Assembly: GCA_965248925.1 (NCBI GenBank)
Contig: CBDFLE010000005.1
Location: forward strand, 2,176,001-2,240,000
DNA from: Candidatus Multivoradales bacterium
Lineage (GTDB): Bacteria; Acidobacteriota; Thermoanaerobaculia; Multivoradales; J023
Reading direction: 5' to 3'
DNA length: 64,000 bases
Shown piece by piece: positions 53,501 to 62,500 of this stretch. A program made the translations under genes and the position numbers. Position 1 is the stretch's first letter. Each line of letters starts with the position of its first letter. Under the pieces are notes generated by a model that was given only the letters and a program-made list of their open reading frames with translations, searched no databases and was not told where the DNA came from.

Positions 53501-56500
53501 GCCATCTTGCCAGCGTTGCAGTTCGGCCTCCCGCTGCGCCGGTCGCAGCCCCTCCAGGTCGACCTGCGGTAGGGAGATCGGCACCGCTGATCGCACCACT
53601 TGACGAGGCTCGCCGTCGCGTTCGACGAAAACTGTTCGTAGCACGGCGTGGCGTTCGACCAGCCAGTGCAGAGCCATCGCCAGGGCCGCCAGATCCAAGG
53701 GACCGGAGAAGCGCACCGCCACTAGCAGATTGTAGGCGGTAAGCCAGGGGTCGAGCTGCTGCAAGAACCACAGCCGCTCCTGGGCGAAGCTCAGCGGCGG
53801 CTCCGGCTCCGTGGTCCGCACTAGTGGCGGCGGCGGCAGATCCGCGCCGCGCAGACCGCGGTCCAGCGCTCGCGCCAGATCGGCCAGCACCGGTGCCTCG
53901 AAGAGTTGGCGCAGCGCCACTTCCACCCCCAGCGCCTCGCGAATCTGGGAGATCACTCGAGTGGCCAGCAGCGAGTGGCCGCCAAGGTCGAAGAAATCAT
54001 CCTCGGGACCGACCGTCTCGAGCCCCAGAATCTGCTGCCAAACCCCGACCAGAAGCGACTCGGTAGGAGTCCGTGGAGCGCGGCGAACAGCCGCGGCCAA
54101 GCCTGCCGCCGGCAGTGCCAAAAGCGCCCCTCGATCTACCTTGCCGCTAGCCATGCGTGGCAGCTCATCGAGCATCACGTAGACACTCGGCAGCATTGTC
54201 TCGGGCAACTCGGCAGCCAGGTGCTGGCGCAGCTCGGCGGCGCTCGGAGGAGCGCCAAGAGCCACGCAATAGGCCACCAGCCGGCCCTCCGGCCCGTGGC
54301 CGGCCACCGCCACCGCTGCTGCCTGCAAGCCGGATTGCCGGTGCAGAACGGACTCGATCTCCCCCGGTTCGATCCGCACTCCCCGCACCTTGAGCTGCTG
54401 ATCGACCCGGCCGCGATACTCCAACCGGCCATCTGCCAGCCAGCGCACCCGGTCGCCGGTGCGGTAGAGCCGCGCGCCGGGCCGCGAGGGCCAAGGATCG
54501 GGTACGAAGCGCTCAGCGGTCCAGGTCGGCCGGCCGGCGTAGCCCCGCGCCAGGCCGAGGCCGCCGACCCAGAGTTCGCCGGCAGCTCCCGGCGGTACCA
54601 GCCGCATCCTCCGCGCAACCACCCGCGGGCGGAGATTGCCCACCGGACGGCCGATCGGCACCACGCTCGACGCACTAGTGCGCCGGTCGGCCGACTGGTG
54701 GCTGGCATCGATCGCGGTCTCAGTTGGCCCATAAAGATTGATCAGCGCCACGCCGAGGCGCTCACCAACCCGCTGGCGCAGGCGCTCGGGCAGTGCCTCG
54801 CCACCGCTGAACAAGCGCCGCAGCGCCGCCGGCTCGGCACTCACCGGCTCCTCGACATAGATCTGCAGCTGCGACGGCACCAGCTGTAGCACCGTGGTGC
54901 GGCGGCGTAGTACGCGACGGCCCAGGGCCGCCAGATCACGTTGCTCGCCGGCCGCTGCCAACTCCAGGGTGGCACCGGCGAGCAGCGGCGCGAAGAATTC
55001 CCACACCGAAGCATCGAAACCGAGGGAGGTCTTCTGCAACACCCGGTCGCCGCTGCCGATCGGGTAGGTCGCCTGCATCCACAACAAGCGGTTGAGAATC
55101 GCCCGCTGAGAGACCATCACCCCTTTAGGGCGACCGGTCGAGCCCGAGGTGTAGATCACGTAGGCCAGCTGATCAGGCAACGGCAGGCGCTCGACGAGTG
55201 ATGCGTCGTCACCGACCAGCTCGGCGACCCGCAGACAGCGGATGTCACCGGCCGGCGGCCGCTCGGCGGTGTCGCAGAGCAGCAGCTCGACACCGCTGTC
55301 CTCGATCAGAAAGCTCTGCCGCGCCGTCGGCAGCTCTGGATCGACCGGCACCCAGGCACCTCCAGCCGCCAGCACGCCGAGCAGCGCCAACACCATTTCC
55401 GGCGAGCGTTGTAGGCAAATCCCGACCCGCACCTCAGGACCTACACCGAGATCTAGCAACCGGGCTCCCAGGCGGCGCGACCGCTGGAGCAGCTCGGCGT
55501 AGCTCAAGCTGCCACCGACGGCCGACAGGGCCACCGCGTCCGGACGCTGCTCAGCCTGCCGAGCGATCAGCCGCCACAGCCCGAGGACCGCATCCGGGTA
55601 GGAGGTGGCGCTATCGCTGTACTCTTGCAGCAGCTGCTGGCGTTCGCTGGCGGCCAGCAGGGGAAGGCTGCTGAGCGCTGCCTCCGGCCGCTCGATCGCG
55701 ACGGCGAGCAGACGCTGCAGGTGGCCATTCAAGCGGCTGATCGTCGTCCGATCGAAGAGATCCTTGCGGAACTGCAGGGTGCCAGCGATGTGACCTTCTC
55801 GGTGCTCCAAAGACAGCACCAGGTCCATTTGCACGGCCTCACCGCGCACCCCCATAGGTTCGGCTTCGAGACCCTCCAGCTCGGCATCGGACTGCCAGCC
55901 GGCCTGCTGCACCAAGAGGGCCTGAAAAATCGGCGGGTAAGTCAGGCTACGCACCGGGTCGAGCTCTTCGACCAGCTTCTCGAACGGCAGATCCTGGTGC
56001 CGATAGGCCTCCAGCACACTGCTCTTGGTGCGCTGCAGCAGTGCCGCCAGACAGGGCTCCCCCGCCAGCTCGGCGCGCAGCACCAGAGTGTTGACGAAAA
56101 AGCCCACCAGGGACTCGGTTCCCGCATGGTGGCGGCCGGCCACCACGGTGCCGATACAGAAATCGTCCTGCCCCGAATAGCGCCCGAGCAGGGCTTGAAA
56201 AGCCGCCGTCTGCACCATGAATGGGGTCACCAGGTGCTGGCGGGCCAGGGCATCGACCGCCGCGGTCAACTCAGCCGAGAACACCACCGGCGCGAAGTCG
56301 CCAGCAGTGCTCGGCACTGACGGCCGCGGCCGGTCGATCGGCAACTCGAGCAAGGGTGGAATTCCCGCCAGCTGCTCGCGCCAATAGTCCAGCTGCCGGC
56401 CGACGGCCGCCTCCCCCATCCAGCGATGCTGCCACAGCGCCCAATCGGCAAACTGCACCTCGGGTTCGGCCAGCGGTGACTGGCGAGCCTGGCAATAGGC

Positions 56501-59500
56501 ACCGTAGAGCTCTCCCAACTCGCGCGCCATGACCCCCATCGACCAACCATCCGAGACGATGTGGTGGATCGCCAGCAGTGCCACGTGATGGTCATCCGCC
56601 AAACGCCACAGGCGGGCGCGAAACAGGGCGGAATGCTCGAGGTCGTACGACCGGTTGGCCTCGAGCCGCATCCCCCGGCGGGCCTCCGCGAGCCGGCACC
56701 CCGCCGCCAGGGAGCTCAGATCAACCACCGTCAAGAGGTCGGCAGCGAAGTCGACCAGCACCTGCGCCGGCGTCCCCGATCGGTCTTCGAAGGCGGTTCG
56801 CAGCGCCTCGTGACGCCGCACCAACTCGCTGATCGCAGCGGCAAACGCCCGCCTATCGAGGGCGCCGCGGAGGCGGAAGGCAGTCGCCAAGTTGTAGGCC
56901 GTGCTTTCCGGCCGTAGCTGATGCAGGAACCACAACTGCTGTTGCGCGAACGACAGGGGTATCGCGTCGCCACGCTCCAGGGGCTCGAGGGGCGGCAGCG
57001 GCAGAGCGCCGCCAGAGCGCCGGGAGATCTCGATCGAGGCCGCCAGCTCAGCCACCGTCGGGTGGCGCAGGACTTGCTGCAAGGCGACCTCCGTGGCGGT
57101 TACCTGACGCAGCGCCGAAGCCACTTGCAAAGCCAGCAGAGAGTGACCACCGAGAGCAAAGAAGCTATCCTCCGCCGCCACCTCCTCGACCCCCAGAAGG
57201 CGCTCAAAGGTCTGTGCCACCAAGGCTTCGAGCGGACCCATCGGCCGCTGCGGCCCGGCACTCGGGCGGATCTCCTGCAGCTCGCTGAGGGCGCGTCGAT
57301 CAAGCTTGCCGTTGGCGGTCAGCGGCAACTTCTCAAGGACGGTGACGGTCGCTGGCACCATATAGCTCGGCAACCGCTGGCCGAGATGGTCGCGCAATGC
57401 ATCCACCGCCGGGTGGTCACCCTGCGGCACCACCCAAGCCGCCAACCGGTCGGCGTCGCTGCCCGCCAGAGGCAGCGCCAACACCGCCGCCGCGACAACC
57501 GCCGGGTGGCTCTCCAGCGCCGCCTCGATCTCGCCCAGCTCAATGCGCAGGCCGCGGATTTTGACCTGCTGATCGAGCCGGCCAAAGTACTCCAAGGCAC
57601 CGTCGCTGCGCCAGCGCGCCAGATCGCCAGTGCGGTAGAGACGTTCACCCGGCACGCTCGGCGACGGTGCCGGCAGCCAGCTCTCGGCGGTCAGCGCCGG
57701 TCGCGCCCAATAGCCCCGCGCCAGCCCGACACCGGCGATGTGCAGCTCGCCGACCACCCCACCCGGCAGCCCGCGCAGATCCGGCGATAGCACCAGCAGA
57801 CGCAGATTGCCGATCGGCCGGCCGATTGGCACCCGTCCGGATTCCTCGGCCCGACCACAGGGCCAGGCGGTCACATCCACCGCCGCTTCGGTCGGGCCAT
57901 AGAGATTGTGCAGCGGGCAGCCGAGGCGCTGCCGGGTCGCTCTGACCAGCTCCGCCGGCAGCGCTTCGCCGCTCGAGATCAGCCGCCGCAGTGGCGCGCA
58001 GCGCGGCAAGCCCTCGGCCGCCAAGAACGCCCTCAGCATCGACGGCACGAAATGTAAGGTCGTCACCCGGCGACGCTCGATCAGCTCGACCAGATAGTCC
58101 GGGTCGCGATGCCCACCAGGCCGCGCCAGCACCAGACCAGCGCCAACGCTCAACGGCCAGAAAAACTCCCACACCGAAACATCGAAGCTCATTGGCGTCT
58201 TCTGCAACACCCGATCGTCGGCCTCCAGCCCGTAGGCTGCCTGCATCCACAGCAGCCGGTTGACGATCGCCCGATGGCTGTTCATGGCCCCCTTCGGCCG
58301 GCCGGTTGAGCCCGAGGTGTAAATCACGTAGGCCAAGCGGTCGGCCCCGCCCCGCCGGCAGGCAGCGAGCTGCGACTGCCGACAAACCCGCGCCAGCTCT
58401 TGCTCGAGGGAGTCGAGATAGATCAGCGGCGGTTTGACCCCAGCCAGGCGCTCGCCCAGCGCGGCGCTGGTCAGCACCAGACTCGGCGAGCTATCGTCGA
58501 CCATGAAGGCCAAACGCTGCGCGGGATACTCGGGATCGAGGGGCACATAGGCACCTCCAGCACGCAGGATGGCCACTAGCGCGATCACCAGATCGGTGCC
58601 ACGCTGCAAGCAGACCCCGACCCGGGACTCGGCACCCACCCCCCGCTCGAGCAACCAAAAGGCCAACGACGCCGAACGCTGATCGAGTTCGCCGTAGGAC
58701 AGCTCGGCGGTGCCAGAGATCACCGCGCAACGCTCCGGCCAGCGGCTGAAAGCGCGCTCCAATAGCTCCGCCAGACAATGATCCGCGGCGGCGAACTGTG
58801 CCGCACTATCGTTCCACTCCACCCGTGCCTGTTGCAGCTCGCTGGCGCTCCAAGTGGGCAACTCGAGCAGCGGCCGGTCGGCGTGCTCAGGCAGGCTAGC
58901 TAACAGCCGCTCGAGACTCGCCGCCAGGCGCCTCAGATCCACTTCAGCCAGCGTCGCACTGTCCGCTTGCAGGGTCAGCGACAGCCTGTCGAACGGTGCC
59001 GCCATCAAGGTCAGTGGATAGCCAGTGCTCTCCGAGAACCGGTAGTCGTCGACCCGCAAGCCTTGCTCGTCGGCCGAGCCGGAGGTGCGCTCCTCCGGAT
59101 AGTTCTCGAACACCAGCAAGCTGTCGAAGAGCCGAGTCGGCGGCGCCACGCCGGTAAAGGCTTGGATCACGTTCAACGGCAGGAACTCGTGCTGCCGGGC
59201 TTCGATCTGATCGCTCTGCAACTCGCCCAGCACGGCGACCGTCGCAGCTCCGTGCACCGACACTCGCACCGGAATAGTGTTGATGAACAGGCCGACCATG
59301 CGTTCGACCCCAGGCAGAGTCACCGGCCGGCCCGAGGTGACGGCGCCGAAAAGAACATCGGAGGTGCCACTCCAACGCGCCAGGAGCAAAGCCCACATCC
59401 CCTGCAAGACGGTATTGAGGGTCAGCCGGTTGCTAGCCGCGAAGGCGCGCAGATCGGCGGTGAGCTCAGCGGAAAGTAGCACCTGCCATTCGGCTCGCTC

Positions 59501-62500
59501 GGCAGCCCCGGCCTCCATCCCCCCCTCAACCTCGATGCGGCTCGGGGCTGAGAAATCCGCCAAGTGGCCACGCCAGTAACTTTCAGCCTGATCGCGATCT
59601 TGGCGCGAGATCCAGTCGATGTAGTCGCGGTAGGGGCGCGCCGCCAGCGCCGGCTCGACTTGCCCAGCCTGCTCAGCGGCGTAGCTTGAGAACACCTCGT
59701 TGAGCAGGATCGGCAGCGACCAACCATCCAACAACAGGTGGTGGAAGGTCCACAGCAAACGATGCTCGCGCGGTCCACAACGCATTAAGAACAATCGCAG
59801 GGGTGGTGTCTCAAGATCGAAACCACGCCTGGAGTCCTCATCCCGCAGCCGCGCCAGGCTCTCGTCTTGGGCAGCCCCATCGAGCTGACGCCAATCGAGC
59901 AACTCCAGCCGCGGCGCGGCTTGACGATGGACGATCTGCAGTGGCTGATCGAGATCTCGCCAATGAAACGACGTCCGCAGAATGGAATGCCGACCGATCG
60001 CTGTTCGCCAGGCCCGGTTGAAGGCAGATCGATCGAGCTCACCGACCAGCTTGCAGGTCAGCTGTTCGACGTAGACGCCAGCGGCGGGTTGCTCCAAGCT
60101 GTGGAACAGCAGACCCTGTTGCAGCGGCGCCAGCGGGTAGATGTCCTCGACATCACCGACTTGGTCAGCCAGCCGATCGAGGGTCTGCTGATCAAGTCCG
60201 GCGAGGACGAAATCCGACGGGGTGAAGCCACCCGCCGCGGGCTCCAGGCAGTGGCGGATCAACTCTCGCAGCGCCTCACGAAACCCTGCCGCCAGAGCTT
60301 CGATGGTGGCAGCCCGGTGGCACTCGCTACTGAAGTCGAAATGAGCCTGCAGCCGATGGTCGGCAATCCGCGCTCCAACCTCCAGCAGATAGACCCGCTC
60401 CTGCTGCGGGCTGAGATCGCGGCCGGCCTGCTCGGCAGCCGGGACGAACGATGATTCGGCACCCAGCACCCGATCGAGCTGCCCCAGGTAGTTGAAGCTC
60501 ACCTCGGCATCGGGCAACGGCGCGGCGGCCGCTGCCGATGAGCCCGCGGCGTAGCGCGCTAAACCGTAGGCCAACCCTTGCCGCGGCAGTGTCCGCAGGC
60601 TCTCCTTGACCTCCTTGAGAACTTCGGCGGGCTGTTCCAAACCTTGCAGATCCAGCGCCACCGGCGCGATCACCGTAAACCAGCCGACGGTGCGCGAAAC
60701 ATCGATGTCGTCCGCCAGTTCTTCCCGGCCGTGACTCTCCAAGTCGAGCAGCAATCCCGGCGCCCCAGTCCAGCGACGAAATGCCATCGCCAAGGCGGCG
60801 ATCAGCAGATCCTGCACCCGGGTGCGATAGGCGCCATGCACCTCGTTGAGTAAGGCGCGGGTTTCGGCCTCATCGAGGGAGATGCCGAGCGAGCGGGTCG
60901 ACCTTCGCCGGCCATTGCCGCTAGCGGCGGCCGGCCGCCGTGGCAGTCGCCGGCCAGCCCAGCCTCGGTCGACCGACCAATAGCGCAGCTCGTCCGCGAC
61001 CCGGGAGGACGAAGCATGCTGCCACAGCCGCTGCGCCCAACGCTGGTAGGAAGTCGTCTTCGCCGGCAGGGCGAGCGGCCGGCCGGCGGCCAGGTCGGCG
61101 TAGGCACTCTGCAGATCTTCGAGCAAGATCCGCCAGGAAACGCCGTCGATCACCAGGTGGTGAACCACCAGCAGCAGCCGACCATGCTCGCCGCTGCCCA
61201 TCTCGATCCAGCCGATCCGCAGCAGCGGACCGGCTGCGAGATCCAGGCTGGTTTGGACCGCGGCCGCCAGCTTCTCCAGAGCGGCAGAGCGGGCAACCTG
61301 CGGCAAGGCCGAAAGATCAGCCTCAAACGCCACATTCGGTCGATCAGCCGTCTCGTAGCGAGCTTGCCAACCACTGGCGCTTTCGCTAAACCTCAGTCGC
61401 AAGGCATCGTGCTGGCCGAGCAAGACCCCGACCACCGCCAGCAGCCGTGCCGGATCCAACCGCTGGCGCACCTCGAAGAGCAGCGATTGGTTGAAGTGGT
61501 GCCGGTCGGTCGCACAACTGGCGAAAAACCAACGCTGGATCGGCGTCAGCCACTGCTCGCCGGTGACCTCGCCCGCCTCGGCATCGATCGCCGGCGCCTG
61601 ACCGACCACCGCCGCCAGCTCGGCCACCGTCTGATGCAAGAAAACATCCTTCGGCAGCAGCCTGAGAGCCGCTTGGTTGGCCTTGGCGACGATCTGGATC
61701 GACAGGATCGAGTCGCCACCGAGGGCGAAGAAGTTGTCCTGGCTACCGATCCCCTCGACCCCCAAGACCTCTTCCCAGATCCGCACCAGAGTTTCTTCCA
61801 CTGGCCCCCGCGGAGCCACCAAGGAGCCCGCCAACTGCGGGCGTTGAGCCTCCGGCGCGGGCAAAGCCCGCCGATCGAGCTTGCCGTTGGCAGTCAGCGG
61901 CAGCGCCGGCAGCTCGACGAAAGCCGCAGGCACCATGTAGGCCGGCAGCCGCGCAGCCAGATGAGCGCGTAGCTCTTCAAGCGCCAGACCCGCCGCCGTC
62001 GGCACCACATAGGCCACCAACCGGATCGATTCCGCCGCGCCGTCGCGCCGCGCCATCACCGCCACCTCGGCCACCGCCTGATGCTGGCTCAGCACCGCCT
62101 CGATCTCCCCCAACTCGATGCGGAAGCCCCGCACCTTGACCTGCTGGTCGAGCCGCCCGAGATATTCCACTCCCCCATCGGCCAACCAACGACCAAGGTC
62201 CCCCGAGCGGTAAAGGCGCTCCCCCGAGTCGCAACCGTAGGGATCGGGCACGAAGCGCGCCGCGGTCAGCCCGGCACGCCCTAAATATCCCCGCGCCACG
62301 CCACCACCACCCACCACCAACTCGCCACCGACCCCCTGCGGCACCGGCTGCCCCAGCCGGTCCAGCAAGTAGAGCCGCAAATCCGCCAGCGGCTGGCCAA
62401 TAGCGCTGCCGAATCCCCCCCGCACCTCGGCCCGCAGCAGCCGGTGGTAGGTCACATGCACGGTCGTCTCGGTGATGCCGTACATGTTCACCAAGCCCGG